Positions 20,455 to 31,726 are shown, numbered from the stretch's first letter. The stretch: 64,000 nucleotides of DNA from an uncultured Arcobacter sp. (GCA_965140705.1 OZ223300.1:1920001-1984000); one strand, 5' to 3'. A program made the numbers and translations. The notes: generated from the letters alone by a model not told the origin.

Positions 20455-20748
20455 TTAATATTTAACTTTTTTATAAGCCTCTTGTTCTTCTTTATATATT
20501 TGTGATACGTGAATCAAACTAGCTAATTTGATCAAAGGCTTTATTAAAAACTGTGCACTACCAATAATAAATAACCAAGTTCCATTTTGCATAAGAGAAT
20601 CATACAAAAAGAAAATACTTCCAATTAAAAACCAAATTGCAATAAATAAATCATTTATAGCCCCTATTGCTTCATAACGCCGTTGAAGTACAATATGTCT
20701 ATTCCCTATATCTAAATCTAATTCATTATTCTTTTCATAAAAAATCAC
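20455..20748 (-). CDS. YrhK-family membrane protein
   Basis: RYEAIGAINDLFIAIWFLIGS...GTWLFIIGS. Confidence 0.75.
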   Translation of the reverse strand: MIFYEKNNELDLDIGNRHIVLQRRYEAIGAINDLFIAIWFLIGSIFFLYDSLMQNGTWLFIIGSAQFLIKPLIKLASLIHVSQIYKEEQEAYKKVKY

Positions 20749-20797
20749 AAAATTCCTCCATATAATACCGTTAAAGTATGCATTATATGAAAAAACT

Positions 20798-21358
20798 CTA
20801 ATAAGAAGGTAAAAGAAATTTTATACGCAAGTAATTTAATTGTTCCCAATAGGCTACTTCATTATAATTTCTTGAATAAAAATTCATAAAACCATGTAGA
20901 TAGTCTACTTTTGAAGTTTTTACATTTTCTCTTTTACATAATTCAGATTGCAATTCTAAAACATCAAAATGAGTCTCCATTTTAGGGAAGATTAATTCCA
21001 CTTCAAATAAAGGATTTACTTCTTTGAAATTTCTAATTTGCGAGCCATAATAACAAATTCCATGGCTAATATTTTGGACTGATAAATTTTCAGATAATTT
21101 CCAAATAATAGAAGCTCCAACACTAAAGCCAATCAAAGTAGTAAGAGAAGAAATTGATGTAGTTATTTCTAATAGTTTAGACAAATAATTATCAAGTCCT
21201 ACCTTATCTATAAAATAAGAATATGCCTCCGCTTCATTTTTAAAGTTCATATTTATACCATCATATGGATCTACAATAACAGTAGTATTTAACTCTTCAC
21301 CTAATTTCTCTAAAGCAGGTGTTTTGCCAAATACATCTGAAACTAAAATTATATTCAT
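20798..21358 (-). CDS. Dienelactone hydrolase family protein
   Basis: SDVFG, GFSVGA nucleophile elbow, HGFMN. Confidence 0.8.
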   Translation of the reverse strand: MNIILVSDVFGKTPALEKLGEELNTTVIVDPYDGINMNFKNEAEAYSYFIDKVGLDNYLSKLLEITTSISSLTTLIGFSVGASIIWKLSENLSVQNISHGICYYGSQIRNFKEVNPLFEVELIFPKMETHFDVLELQSELCKRENVKTSKVDYLHGFMNFYSRNYNEVAYWEQLNYLRIKFLLPSY

Positions 21359-21397
21359 AAACCTCTACTTTATTTGTTTTTATTTACACTAAAGCTT

Positions 21398-22198
21398 TTA
21401 TAATACAGATACTATCATCTTAATACTCAAGATTACAGCTAATACTCCAAAAACTTTTTTAAGCTTTTGAGTGGGAAGTATAGATGCATATTTTACACCT
21501 AAAGGAACAGTAAAAATACTACTAATTGCCACTAATATTACAGCTGGCATATAAATATAACCGATGATATAATTTTGTAAATCGCTATTACCAAAACCAT
21601 TAATTGCATAACCAATAGTACCAGATATGGCAATAGGAAAACCAACTGCTGCTGAAGTACCAATAGCCCGTTTCATGTCAAAATTTTGGTGTACCAAATA
21701 AGGAACAGTTAATGACCCTCCTCCAATTGAGACTAAGGCTGAAATTGCTCCAATTAAAGTTCCAGTAAATATATTTCCTACTTTTCCATGTGGAGTTGGA
21801 TTTGATTCATAATGGGGTTTACTAAACATCTTAAAAGCAACATAACTCATAAATACTCCAAAAAATAGTGCCAAATAAACACCTTTAAGATAAGAGGCTA
21901 AAAAAGTAGCACTAAATGTTCCTACCAAAACTCCTCCAGCTATTTTAAGAGCCATAGATGTTTCGATATTATCTTTTTTATAATGGGCACGCATACTTGA
22001 AAATGAGGTAAAAATAATTGTTGCCATTGAAGTTCCCAATGCCAAATGCATGATTTTTTCATGTTCAAACCCTTGCATGGCAAATAAAATAGTAAAAATA
22101 GGAACCATAATACCTCCACCACCAACACCTAATAATCCAGCTAAAAATCCAACTAATAATCCTAAGGCAACATAATCTATTAAAAATACTGTACTCAT
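21398..22198 (-). CDS. Sulfite exporter TauE/SafE family
   Basis: GLLGVGGGGIMVP and SIGGGSLTVP repeats, ALGTS/AIGTS; AAGGA RBS before ATG 22198. Confidence 0.9.
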   Translation of the reverse strand: MSTVFLIDYVALGLLVGFLAGLLGVGGGGIMVPIFTILFAMQGFEHEKIMHLALGTSMATIIFTSFSSMRAHYKKDNIETSMALKIAGGVLVGTFSATFLASYLKGVYLALFFGVFMSYVAFKMFSKPHYESNPTPHGKVGNIFTGTLIGAISALVSIGGGSLTVPYLVHQNFDMKRAIGTSAAVGFPIAISGTIGYAINGFGNSDLQNYIIGYIYMPAVILVAISSIFTVPLGVKYASILPTQKLKKVFGVLAVILSIKMIVSVL

Positions 22199-22323
22199 AT
22201 TTTTCCTTATTTTTATCACAATTTTATAATATATATACAAATAAAGGTACAAGAAAAATTACATTTAATGTTGGAATTCTTGAGAGAAAAAGTATAATAT
22301 TTATAAAATCATTTCTTATTCTT

Positions 22324-23169
22324 CTATTTATTGATTTTCAATAATCCAGCACCAATAAGTGTTGTTATTGAAGCAAATAGTTTCATTAAGTCTAATCTCT
22401 CTTTTAATACAAAAACACCTAGTAAAAGTGCAAAAACAATACTTGTCTCTCTTAAAGCAGTAACTACAGGAATTGGAGCCATAGTAAATGACCAAATAAC
22501 TAAAGAATAGCCTGTAAATGATGCTAATCCACCAGTTAATGCTAGTTTATAATTATTTACAATAACAATTTTTACAGTATTTGGTTTTTTAAATAAAATC
22601 ACGATAATAAAAATAATTGCATTTAAAATAGAAAGACAAGCATAAAAACCAACAGCACTACCAGAAACACGAGCACCCAAACCATCTATAAGAGAATATG
22701 ATGCAATGAAAACACCAGTAACCACAGCCAAAATAGCTGCACGATAATTTCTCAATCCATCACTCTTTCTAACTAATACAAGACTCATAATACCCGTACA
22801 AATTACAATAATAGCAGTTATTTCTATCTGTGAGAGATGATTTCCTAAAAAAAGTACAGATACAGTTGCTACAATCAAAGGTGATATTCCACGAGCCAAT
22901 GGGTAAACTTGACTTAAATCACCAATACGATAAGAATTAAGTAAAAACAACTGATAACCAGTATGCAGTAAAGCTCCAGCAATTATGTAATTAAGAGATT
23001 CAATATTAGGTAAGGGTACAAAAAATAGTGCAAGAAAAGCAAAAGGTGCATGACCTAATACCACAGCAGACATACTTATAAGTTTGTCGCTATTTTGTTT
23101 AACTAGAAAATTCCAACTAGCATGTAATAATGCAGCAAAAAGAACAACAAACATAACAGTAAGAGACAT
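22324..23169 (-). CDS. EamA/DMT family transporter
   Basis: AALLHASWNFLVK, GDLSQVYPLARG, ALRETS. Confidence 0.9.
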   Translation of the reverse strand: MSLTVMFVVLFAALLHASWNFLVKQNSDKLISMSAVVLGHAPFAFLALFFVPLPNIESLNYIIAGALLHTGYQLFLLNSYRIGDLSQVYPLARGISPLIVATVSVLFLGNHLSQIEITAIIVICTGIMSLVLVRKSDGLRNYRAAILAVVTGVFIASYSLIDGLGARVSGSAVGFYACLSILNAIIFIIVILFKKPNTVKIVIVNNYKLALTGGLASFTGYSLVIWSFTMAPIPVVTALRETSIVFALLLGVFVLKERLDLMKLFASITTLIGAGLLKINK

Positions 23170-23243
23170 GATTCAACCTTTTATTAATATATAATATTGT
23201 ATAGAAATATCACTGAATACTTAGTATTTAAAATTTATTTTCT

Positions 23244-23591
23244 CTACTCACCATTTAAAACAGACATAACTGTTGATCTAGAAGTATTTAATTCTGTTGT
23301 TATTTTTGATATATTTATATCACCATTTTTAGTATAATACTCTTCATCATCCAACATTTTTAATATAGTATCTTTTTTATCAAGTATCTCTTGGGAGGTT
23401 TGTCTAGTTTGAAAAGTGAAATCTTCTTCACTCATAGTTTTAAGTGCTTCTAAATCTCTTTTTATAGTGGGAACTGTGACATTCAACTCTTTTGCCAAAT
23501 CCTTTGGCTCTTCAATACCTCGTAAAATCAAATCACGTAGTGCAATTCTTCTAGTTTTTATTTTACGCCTACGATGATAAGATATTTTCAT
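23244..23591 (-). CDS. Double-HTH (DeoR-like) DNA-binding protein
   Basis: LAKELNVTVPTIKRDL and ITTELNTSRSTV; ATG at 23591 is coupled (TAATG) to the rhodanese stop. Confidence 0.7.
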   Translation of the reverse strand: MKISYHRRRKIKTRRIALRDLILRGIEEPKDLAKELNVTVPTIKRDLEALKTMSEEDFTFQTRQTSQEILDKKDTILKMLDDEEYYTKNGDINISKITTELNTSRSTVMSVLNGE

Positions 23592-23941
23592 TATTGAAAC
23601 TTTAGAAGAGAGCTCCACTTACCTGCATTATGAACATTTTCATATCCATTTACCACTAAAGTACGCTTTGCTAGTGCACTTCTACTCCCACTAGCACAAC
23701 AAAGTATTATAGGCTTAGTATTATCTAACTCTTTTATTCTATTTTTAAGTGAATCCAATGGAATATTTATACTTCCATCTTTGTGAGATGAGACAAACTC
23801 TTCTACACTTCTAACATCAACAATTTGACCACCTTGAGAAAGTAAAGATGGAACAAGCTTCAATACCTTATATTGACTATACTTTTTATAAGCTATAAAA
23901 GCTATTAATGCAATAAACGCATAAATTATATTTTCGTTCAA
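23591..23941 (-). CDS. Rhodanese-like sulfurtransferase with N-terminal TM
   Basis: IVDVRSVEEF, CCASGSRS active loop. Confidence 0.88.
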   Translation of the reverse strand: MNENIIYAFIALIAFIAYKKYSQYKVLKLVPSLLSQGGQIVDVRSVEEFVSSHKDGSINIPLDSLKNRIKELDNTKPIILCCASGSRSALAKRTLVVNGYENVHNAGKWSSLLKFQ

Positions 23942-24061
23942 AACTATCCTTTAAATATTCTTCGTATTCTAATGAAATTTGACTTATATTCTTTAATAAG
24001 AGAAATATTAAATTATTAAACTTTCTTAAAACTCCAAACAGTCCAAATGTTTTATTCTACT

Positions 24062-24433
24062 TCATTTTTTAGTAAAAACCATTCGTCTTGATAAGGTCTT
24101 TTTAACTGAACTATCCAATAGTGCTTTATCAAATGTACTTCTTAAACTCTCATAATCTTTATCTGCGATTATTTTATATGAGTATTCAAAATTAGCTTCT
24201 TCTGGGTTTTCTCTATTTAGTACTACTTCTGTTTCAAATTTTATATCCATAAGTTCTAATTTTTCAGCTTCTTTTTGAAGCATAATATTCATACAACTTG
24301 CCAATGCTGCCTCTAAAATATCATGTGGACGAGGATATTTTCCTGTACCACCTTTTTCTTCCGTTGTATCAATACACAAATCAAGTTCTTCCACTTGATT
24401 TACATACTTTTTATCTTTACTAATTGATTTCAT
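24062..24433 (-). CDS. OsmC family protein
   Basis: GGTGKYPRPHDILEAALASC. Confidence 0.8.
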   Translation of the reverse strand: MKSISKDKKYVNQVEELDLCIDTTEEKGGTGKYPRPHDILEAALASCMNIMLQKEAEKLELMDIKFETEVVLNRENPEEANFEYSYKIIADKDYESLRSTFDKALLDSSVKKTLSRRMVFTKK

Positions 24434-24469
24434 ATCTATTTCCTCTATATTTATTTAATTTAATTTTAA

Positions 24470-25282
24470 TTACCACCAAGTAACAAAAAAACTTTGGCTT
24501 ATATTTTTCTTATTTTTTAACCAAAGCAAAGGGGATTTTTGTTGATTTAACAATATATCTATTGTATCTATTACTCCATCAAAACTTATCCATATTTCAT
24601 TTGTATTACAATCACAAACCCAATCATTCCTTGGAGGCAAATGGTATTTATACTCTCTAAAGTGCTTTTGTTTTATAAATTCTTCACGCTTAATATAAAA
24701 ACCTCTTACACAAGAGTTATTTAATATAGGTATATCTTTTCCTAAAAAATGCATTGGAACATAGATATTTCCTTTTAAACAAATCTTTTGTTTAAAAGAG
24801 TTTACATCTATACCCTCTAAATATTCTTGTGTTTCGTTTTTATATAATAAAGGAAGTTGTTTGATTTTTAACTTTTCTAGTTTTTTTACAAAAGTATCGT
24901 TTCTATTTGGACCGATATACCTATCAAGTTCATTTTCAATAGAATCATCATATAAATAAAACTTGTATACATGTTCAACATGTAAATACTCTTCTGCTTT
25001 TTTATCATAAAGAAGAAAATCTATTTCACCAAGGGTTTGTTTATTATTTATAATTTGAATATTCTTTTTTATCAACTCATAGTTTTTTGACTGTTTTATA
25101 TAAAACTCAAAAAAGCGCTCTATCCTACTTCCTAAAGTAAGCTTAGAAGTAATATTTAACTCAGTAAAATCGAACTCTTTTATTTCATTTATATCTAGTT
25201 TTATTTGACTTAGACCATCCAATTCTTTAAATAAATAAGGGGTATTCATAAAGCCTAGAAATTGAGTTTTTAAATTATTCAT
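24470..25282 (-). CDS. DUF1853 family protein
   Basis: LGSRIERFF, TLGEIDFL, HVEHVYKFYL, YIGPN motifs. Confidence 0.8.
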   Translation of the reverse strand: MNNLKTQFLGFMNTPYLFKELDGLSQIKLDINEIKEFDFTELNITSKLTLGSRIERFFEFYIKQSKNYELIKKNIQIINNKQTLGEIDFLLYDKKAEEYLHVEHVYKFYLYDDSIENELDRYIGPNRNDTFVKKLEKLKIKQLPLLYKNETQEYLEGIDVNSFKQKICLKGNIYVPMHFLGKDIPILNNSCVRGFYIKREEFIKQKHFREYKYHLPPRNDWVCDCNTNEIWISFDGVIDTIDILLNQQKSPLLWLKNKKNISQSFFVTWW

Positions 25283-25401
25283 TTAATATGATACTCAAAA
25301 TAATATAAATCTTCTTATCGAAGTTCTTTACAAGCATACCTCTTTTAGCCTGTTATCCTATCCAACTCTAAAATCTAATGTAACACAGAATTCTTTATTT
25401 T

Positions 25402-25434
25402 GGACACATTCAGACCATATTCAAAATGTATAAT
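25402..25434 (+). promoter_or_regulatory. Direct-repeat regulator box and extended -10
   Basis: GGACACATT-ca-GACCATATT then TGTATAAT. Confidence 0.45.
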
Positions 25435-25527
25435 TCTTATTGTCAAAAGAAAATGAACATTCAGATAGATATATACATGAATGTTACCATTATTCTATTG
25501 GCAAAATATTATATATAAGGAGAAAAA

Positions 25528-25692
25528 ATGACACTAGATTTATTATTTCGTTTGGCAATTGGTATAGCAGGAATTACAGGAGGTTTTTTATTTTTTGGTT
25601 CAAAAGCACCATGGCTTCGAAAATGCCATTTGATTGCTGGAGCAAGCGCATTTATTTTATGTGTCGTAACATTTTTTGTACAATATACTTAA
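25528..25692 (+). CDS. Small two-helix membrane protein (54 aa)
   Basis: Hand translation MTLDLLFRLAIGIAGITGGFLFFGSKAPWLRKCHLIAGASAFILCVVTFFVQYT; AAGGAG RBS; better supported than the overlapping 25440-25706 ORF. Confidence 0.7.
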   Translation: MTLDLLFRLAIGIAGITGGFLFFGSKAPWLRKCHLIAGASAFILCVVTFFVQYT

Positions 25693-25708
25693 GAAAGGAT
25701 AGATAATT

Positions 25709-26077
25709 ATGGTTGATTCAAAAATAATTGAGGCTTTTCATCTCATGTGGGGTAATTTCCCTGAGCCTGCAACACTTGTACATAAAAGCAAAGAAGTCAT
25801 TGCTACAAATGCAGCGTGCAAAGTGGTTGGATTAGAAAAGGGAATGAATTGCGCTACCCATGGTGCACCTGAAGCACATAAAGGCTGTTTGGCTAATAAA
25901 GCGTTACGTTCGCAAGAAGCGACATTCAAAAAAGCGAAATACACGGAAAAAGAAATTATCTCTTATTGGCTTCCAGTTGACGGATATCCTGAACTCTTTA
26001 TTCATTTTGGAGTGGGTGCAACTATAAACTATAATACCATACCAGACAAAGGTTCAATGTATAAAGTAGCATTGTAA
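25709..26077 (+). CDS. Hypothetical protein, PAS-like with Cys/His
   Basis: AAGGA RBS; FPEPATLVHKSKEVIATNAA resembles a PAS start; C..H..GC cluster. Confidence 0.65.
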   Translation: MVDSKIIEAFHLMWGNFPEPATLVHKSKEVIATNAACKVVGLEKGMNCATHGAPEAHKGCLANKALRSQEATFKKAKYTEKEIISYWLPVDGYPELFIHFGVGATINYNTIPDKGSMYKVAL

Positions 26078-26194
26078 ATAAATTCCTTTTTCTTGGAGGC
26101 ATATGAGATATAAAACCTTCAAAGATATGGTTTGTATTAAGAGAAGGAACTGTGATATAATTTTCCAAAAGGAATATCTTAGATACGAGGTTAA

Positions 26195-26887
26195 ATGATG
26201 TTTTCTATATTAGTTGCTGAAGATGATGAGACATTAAATAAGATGATATGTACGAAATTAAAACAAGAAAACTTCAAGACTATTTCGGCATTTGATGGAG
26301 AGGAAGCCTTAGAAATCATGGATACTACATATGTTGACTTAGTCATCTCAGATATTATGATGCCAAAAATAAATGGTTATGAACTCATACAAGAAATTAG
26401 AAAGACAGCACCTTCCTTCCCTATTCTGATGATTACGGCAAAAAATCAAATGGAAGATATTGAAAAGGGATTTAGACTTGGAACAGACGATTATATGATT
26501 AAACCTATTCAACTAAAAGAGATGGTTCTTAGAGTAAATGCACTTCTACGGAGAGCAAAGATAGCTAGTGAAAATAAATTAGTTATAGGAAAGAGTTTTC
26601 TAGATTACAAGGCATTAAAAATAAATATTGACTCTAAAGAATACGACCTTCCCCCTAAAGAGTTTTATCTACTCTTTCTTTTACTCAGCTATCCCGATAA
26701 AATTTTTACTCGATATGAAATTATGAATGAAATTTGGGGTCTAGAATCAGAAGCAGATGAACGAACTGTTGATTCTCATATCAAAAAACTTCGTCGTAGA
26801 TTTGAATCATGTCAGGATTTTGAGATTGTGACTATACGAGGGCTTGGGTACAAGGCAAAATATCATTTAACAGATAATACCAAATGA
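26195..26887 (+). CDS. OmpR-family response regulator (HssR-like)
   Basis: DIMMP, GTDDYMIKP, LPPKEFYLL, RTVDSHIKKLR, TIRGLGY. Confidence 0.9.
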   Translation: MMFSILVAEDDETLNKMICTKLKQENFKTISAFDGEEALEIMDTTYVDLVISDIMMPKINGYELIQEIRKTAPSFPILMITAKNQMEDIEKGFRLGTDDYMIKPIQLKEMVLRVNALLRRAKIASENKLVIGKSFLDYKALKINIDSKEYDLPPKEFYLLFLLLSYPDKIFTRYEIMNEIWGLESEADERTVDSHIKKLRRRFESCQDFEIVTIRGLGYKAKYHLTDNTK

Positions 26888-27990
26888 AAAATGATGCAAT
26901 AAAATTTAAAAAGGAAACCATGAAAAAGAAATATATAATACATCTTCGCTCTTTTATCTCTTTTGTTTCTATTGCCACTTTATTCGTTTCTTGTCTTATT
27001 GCATGTGGTATAGTTATTACTGGGACTTGGTTATTTTATCACGGACCAATTACCTTTTTCTCAGGAATCATTATGAGTCTACTGGTTTGTGCTTTAACGA
27101 TGATTATTGGTGCTATTGCCTTATACATTGGGTCAGGGCATTTATTGAAACCTGTTGAAGCATTAAATTTAACTGTGAATAAAATTGCCCAAGGGGATTT
27201 TACTGCAAGAGTTTACCGTAAGAGAAGAAACATGAAAAATTATCTTTATGCCCATGAACTTGATGAACTCTCTTCAAATGTGAATAAAATGGTAGAAGAA
27301 CTCTCTGGTATGGATTATATGCGTAAAGACTTTATGAGTAATGTATCCCATGAAATAAAAACACCGGTTACGGCAATCACAGGTTTTGCTGAATTGTTAT
27401 TAGATTCGCCACTTGAAATGCAAAAGCAAAAAGAGTATTTAGAACTCATACATCAAGAATCCAGACGCTTGTCATTACTTTGTGAAGATATGCTACAAAT
27501 GTCGCGCTTAGATAATCAACAAATTATCTCAAAAAAAGACATAATCCGAGTAGATGAACAAATAAGGCGCGCAGTGATTGTGCTCTCACAAAAGTGGAGT
27601 AATCGTGATCAGAAATTTGATTTAAACCTGTGCGATGTAGTTGTAGAATCGGATAAATCACTTTTGATGCATGTGTGGATGAATCTCATCGATAACGCCA
27701 TGAAATACTCTTCTACCAATAGTACAATTTATATCGATGAATACGTAAAGGAAGATGAACTTATTGTTACCATTAAAGATAAAGGTATTGGTATTAAGAG
27801 TGAAAAAATTACAAAGATTTTTGATAAGTTTTACCAAGGTGAAGAATCCCATAAAAAACAAGGAAGTGGTCTGGGGCTTTCCATCGTAAAAAGAATTTTA
27901 GAACTTTTGGGAGCAACAATTCACTATGAAAGCCAAGAGAATATTGGAACAACTGTGATGGTAAAATTTTTAATAAAGGCTCTGAAATAA
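26884..27990 (+). CDS. HAMP sensor histidine kinase (HssS-like)
   Basis: FMSNVSHEIKTP, VWMNLIDNAMKY, KFYQGEESH, GSGLGLSIV. Confidence 0.9.
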   Translation: MKNDAIKFKKETMKKKYIIHLRSFISFVSIATLFVSCLIACGIVITGTWLFYHGPITFFSGIIMSLLVCALTMIIGAIALYIGSGHLLKPVEALNLTVNKIAQGDFTARVYRKRRNMKNYLYAHELDELSSNVNKMVEELSGMDYMRKDFMSNVSHEIKTPVTAITGFAELLLDSPLEMQKQKEYLELIHQESRRLSLLCEDMLQMSRLDNQQIISKKDIIRVDEQIRRAVIVLSQKWSNRDQKFDLNLCDVVVESDKSLLMHVWMNLIDNAMKYSSTNSTIYIDEYVKEDELIVTIKDKGIGIKSEKITKIFDKFYQGEESHKKQGSGLGLSIVKRILELLGATIHYESQENIGTTVMVKFLIKALK

Positions 27991-28030
27991 TAAAGTTGCT
28001 AAAAAATCTATAAACTATATAATTGATAGT

Positions 28031-28089
28031 AAAATCTGAGGACAATAGATATAATTATAGGTAAATAAGTATCCTGCCCCCGAAATTTT
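28031..28089. repeat. Degenerate REP-like inverted-repeat element (copy A)
   Basis: aaatctgaggaca...gtatcctgcccccgaaatttt; resembles copies at 32675 and 33845. Confidence 0.65.
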
Positions 28090-28133
28090 AAATTAAAGAA
28101 TCCTTCAATTCTTCATCAAATATAGATTTATTA

Positions 28134-30398
28134 TTAAATATCATCTTTCCCAATAAACTCTTTTTCATCTACATTTTTTACAATCACTTTTGCTATGTCA
28201 TCTGTTTCATCTGCAATATTTTTTGTTTCATTTGAAATATTAGCATTTTCTTGAGTTTTACCATCTAATGAATTGACAGCATCATTAATTTGTTCAATTC
28301 CTGATTGTTGTTCTTTTGTTGCAACTTCTACTTCTGAAATAAGATCAATGGTTTTTAAAATATTATCATTTAAACCTTGATAACCATCTATCATTCTTGT
28401 AGCAATCTCTTTTCCATTGTTCGCTTTATTTATTGCAGATTCAACTAAAGATTTAATTTCATTTGCAGAGTCAGCACTTCTTGAAGCTAAATTTCTTACT
28501 TCTTGTGCAACAACTGCAAATCCTTTTCCAGCTTCTCCTGCTGTTGCTGCTTCAACTGCTGCATTTAAAGATAATATATTTGTTTGAAATGCAATTTGAT
28601 CAATAATAGAAATAGCCTCACTAATAGCAGAAACTTGGTTGTCAATTTCATTCATTGAAGTAACTGTTTCTTCGGCTAAACTTTTACCTTCATTTGCAGA
28701 TGTAGTTAATTCTTTAGCATAATCTGCCATTTTTATAACATTTCTAGTATTTTGCGTAATATTAGAAGTAATCTCTTCCAAAGAAGCTGCCGTTTCTTCC
28801 AAGGAAGCGGCAGAAATATTTGAATTTGTATTTAAAAGATTTACATTTTCAAGTAGCACTTTACTACTTTTAGCAAGAACTAAACCTGTTTTTTTATTTT
28901 CAACAAGCATTTCATTTATTATATTTGCAAAATTATTTAATCCTTTCTCTACTTTTCCTGTATCATTTTGAATTCTATGTCTAAAATCTAAATTTTGATA
29001 TGAGTTAAGTGCATCTAATATTTTATTTAAATCATCACTAATATTTACAGACAAAATTTCAAGCATTTCATTTATAATGACTTTAAGCTCATTTAAACTT
29101 TCATCTTTTGAGTTTTTAGTAATAGTTTGTTTAATTCTACCCTCTTTTACATGCTCAACAACATCTTTAACTTCATCAATTAAAGCAATATCTTCATCTA
29201 ATTTAATTTTAATAGTTGATATATTATCATTAATCTGTTTTGACATGACGCCAAATTCATCATTTGAATTTATTTTAATTTGTTCAGTTGATGATGTTTC
29301 TTTATTTAAATAGCTAAAAAAAGAAGTTAATCCATTTGTGATATTTTTTAAATTTCTATCTAAAGCTCTTGTATTAAAAGCAATAACCATACCAACTAAA
29401 ATAAAGCTAATAATACCTGAAATGATTGAAAACCATTTAATATAAATAGTACTTTCTAGGTATTCTTCTATAGGAACAGATAATATTAAACCCCAAAAAA
29501 CACCAGTTCTTTCAATTTGAAAAGGGATTGCAATAAACTCAGACATAAGCCCATTTCGCTCATCTATCCCTTTATAAAATAACTTTTTATTTTCACGTAA
29601 CTTTTTAGGTAAATCAAGTAAAAATTTATTTTTTGAAATATCTTTTATATTTTTACTTAAAAATTTTAAATCTGGATATCCAACAATTGTACCCTCTTGT
29701 GTAATTAAACTTGCATAACCATTTTTAAATATTTTAAGGTCTCTTATTCTCTCAGACATTTTCTTTAAAGCTATATCAACCCCAACAGTACCAATAAATT
29801 CACCTTTATAATATACTGGGTGTGCCGCAGCTGTAATCAATGTTTGAACGCCATTTATTGGATAAAAATATGGTTTAGTGACAAACTCTTTTCCAGATTC
29901 TCTTGGTCCGTCTACCCATGGTCTATCTGGATAATTTTCATCTGCACCAGGAAGTACACTTATCTTACCATCTACATTTACAATAAAAGGTGCAAATCTT
30001 CCATCTTTATCATGTCCATCTTTATTTGCTAATGTTGGATCTGTTTTAAATAATATTCCCCCATTTATTTCTACCCATAGTCCAAATACTTCAGTATTTT
30101 TTAAAAGCATGTTTTTCATCACTTCTCTAATATCTTCTTTTTTAAGATCTTGCTTATTTTTCAATGCAACTTCAAAATATGAAGCAAATCCACGAGAAAT
30201 AACAACAGCTTTATTTAATAAATCTTTTGATTTTTGAACATTAATATCTGCAATACTATCCATATATAGCTCAGCTGTATGTTTACTATTTTTAAACGAC
30301 TTATCTTGTATTAAATATGTAGAAATCACTGATGAAACTAAAACTACTCCCATAATGCTCAAAAATAAACGTTTTGAAAAACTTAGGCCCTTTTTCAT
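28134..30398 (-). CDS. Methyl-accepting chemotaxis protein with Cache sensor
   Basis: [34 protein letters not shown]; Cache-like TKPYFY...GTVGVD. Confidence 0.95.
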   Translation of the reverse strand: MKKGLSFSKRLFLSIMGVVLVSSVISTYLIQDKSFKNSKHTAELYMDSIADINVQKSKDLLNKAVVISRGFASYFEVALKNKQDLKKEDIREVMKNMLLKNTEVFGLWVEINGGILFKTDPTLANKDGHDKDGRFAPFIVNVDGKISVLPGADENYPDRPWVDGPRESGKEFVTKPYFYPINGVQTLITAAAHPVYYKGEFIGTVGVDIALKKMSERIRDLKIFKNGYASLITQEGTIVGYPDLKFLSKNIKDISKNKFLLDLPKKLRENKKLFYKGIDERNGLMSEFIAIPFQIERTGVFWGLILSVPIEEYLESTIYIKWFSIISGIISFILVGMVIAFNTRALDRNLKNITNGLTSFFSYLNKETSSTEQIKINSNDEFGVMSKQINDNISTIKIKLDEDIALIDEVKDVVEHVKEGRIKQTITKNSKDESLNELKVIINEMLEILSVNISDDLNKILDALNSYQNLDFRHRIQNDTGKVEKGLNNFANIINEMLVENKKTGLVLAKSSKVLLENVNLLNTNSNISAASLEETAASLEEITSNITQNTRNVIKMADYAKELTTSANEGKSLAEETVTSMNEIDNQVSAISEAISIIDQIAFQTNILSLNAAVEAATAGEAGKGFAVVAQEVRNLASRSADSANEIKSLVESAINKANNGKEIATRMIDGYQGLNDNILKTIDLISEVEVATKEQQSGIEQINDAVNSLDGKTQENANISNETKNIADETDDIAKVIVKNVDEKEFIGKDDI

Positions 30399-30747
30399 TT
30401 TAATCCTCTTATTTATAAAAAATCATATTTTATTTACTATATTGTAAATTTAAAATATTATAAAATACAACTTAGTAAAAATAGTAATATTATCAAACTA
30501 TATCTATAGTTTACTTAATAATTATAAATTTATACTATATTATAAACTTAAGCCTATTATAAAGGATAATCCAACAAAAATAAAATTATTTTATTAGAAT
30601 AAAGCTTCTTCTTTGAAACATATAACAAATCTTTTTGTCATGTAAATTAAGAAATAAATACTTTTTTATCTGTGTAAAAATGAGAAAGTGAAAATTCAAC
30701 CTTTTTGGGGTGTAGTTTTTAATAAGATTCTATATAATATTTTAGGG

Positions 30748-30799
30748 TTGGGGAAAGAGAATAGATAGGATTAAATAAGTATTGTATCCCTGGGTTTTT
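30748..30799. repeat. Highly degenerate REP-like element (copy B)
   Basis: ttggggaaag...taaataagtattgtatccctggg aligns loosely with copy A. Confidence 0.35.
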
Positions 30800-31545
30800 T
30801 AAATTTTTTTCCAGATAGTTTTACCCGTGGCACAAACTTTATTTGTGCTTTTAATTTGAATAGTATGTACAAAAGAGTTTTCAGAACTATCCTTTTTTGT
30901 TGAAGATAAAATCACATCACCATATTGAGCCTCTGATATAAAACGCCCATCTATAAAGTACAAATAATAGTTATTTAGTATCTCATTAGGTATTGATTCT
31001 ATTAGCCATTGTAGATATCTAAGATTATTAACATGTTTGTTAGTATCAGTATCATACATATTAACTTTAAACTCTTTTCTATATTCAAAAGAATCAAGAG
31101 GTTCAATTTTATTACTTATATCATGTTCATGAGATACTGATTTGTCTGATGACCATCTTTTTAAAAAGTCTGGAAGTATTCGTGTAGGTCTTCTTTTTTT
31201 TATATCATAAAAAAGCCATAAACCTCTAGCTCTTCCTATAATATTATAGTTTTCATCATAAATGATATTTTCTCTAAATCCTCTAATAGTCTGATATTTT
31301 GATATCCAAGTTCTAATAATTATTTTTTCTTTATATAAAGGATAACGTTGCATTTGCATCATACCAGATAACAATACCCATCCAAGATTTTCTGACATCA
31401 AAGATAAAAGATTATGCCCAGCATAATGACAATGCTCAGCAGCAGTTTCTTGAAGCAAAGTCAATATAGCAATAGGAGAAGCTTCTCCTAATCTATTCAT
31501 CTCAAAAAATCTCAATTCAAACTCTTTATCAAAATAGTTTTCCAC
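30799..31545 (-). CDS. Acyl-ACP thioesterase
   Basis: DTDTNKHVNNLRYLQW motif; GTG start with AAGGAG RBS. Confidence 0.88.
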   Translation of the reverse strand: MENYFDKEFELRFFEMNRLGEASPIAILTLLQETAAEHCHYAGHNLLSLMSENLGWVLLSGMMQMQRYPLYKEKIIIRTWISKYQTIRGFRENIIYDENYNIIGRARGLWLFYDIKKRRPTRILPDFLKRWSSDKSVSHEHDISNKIEPLDSFEYRKEFKVNMYDTDTNKHVNNLRYLQWLIESIPNEILNNYYLYFIDGRFISEAQYGDVILSSTKKDSSENSFVHTIQIKSTNKVCATGKTIWKKI

Positions 31546-31622
31546 AAAAACTCCTTTAGTAAATAGAATATATGCAATTTAATAAGTATTGTCAAGGGTA
31601 AAGGGAAAATCCCCGGATTTTC

Positions 31623-31726
31623 AATTGCTTTAGATAATGATTCTGCATGATTTGTCATAAGACAGTAAGATATTATTTCTAATCCATGCAGTATATAGTA
31701 TCTACTATTCTTCTTATTCTTGCCAT
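31623..31726 (-). pseudogene. Remnant of RAYT / Y1 (IS200-like) HUH transposase
   Basis: AGGAG RBS + MARIRRIV..., stop, then in another frame LEIISYCLMTNH..ESLSKAI; YCLMTNH is the motif leading into the HUH site, and most of the gene is deleted. Confidence 0.7.

Noticed and set aside
25440..25706. 88-aa ORF from the track
   Set aside because: TTG start directly after the -10 box with no RBS; the overlapping frame 25528-25692 has an AAGGAG RBS and a coherent membrane peptide
31598..31622. Further REP-like copy downstream of the RAYT remnant (atccccggattt)
   Set aside because: Too short and degenerate to call
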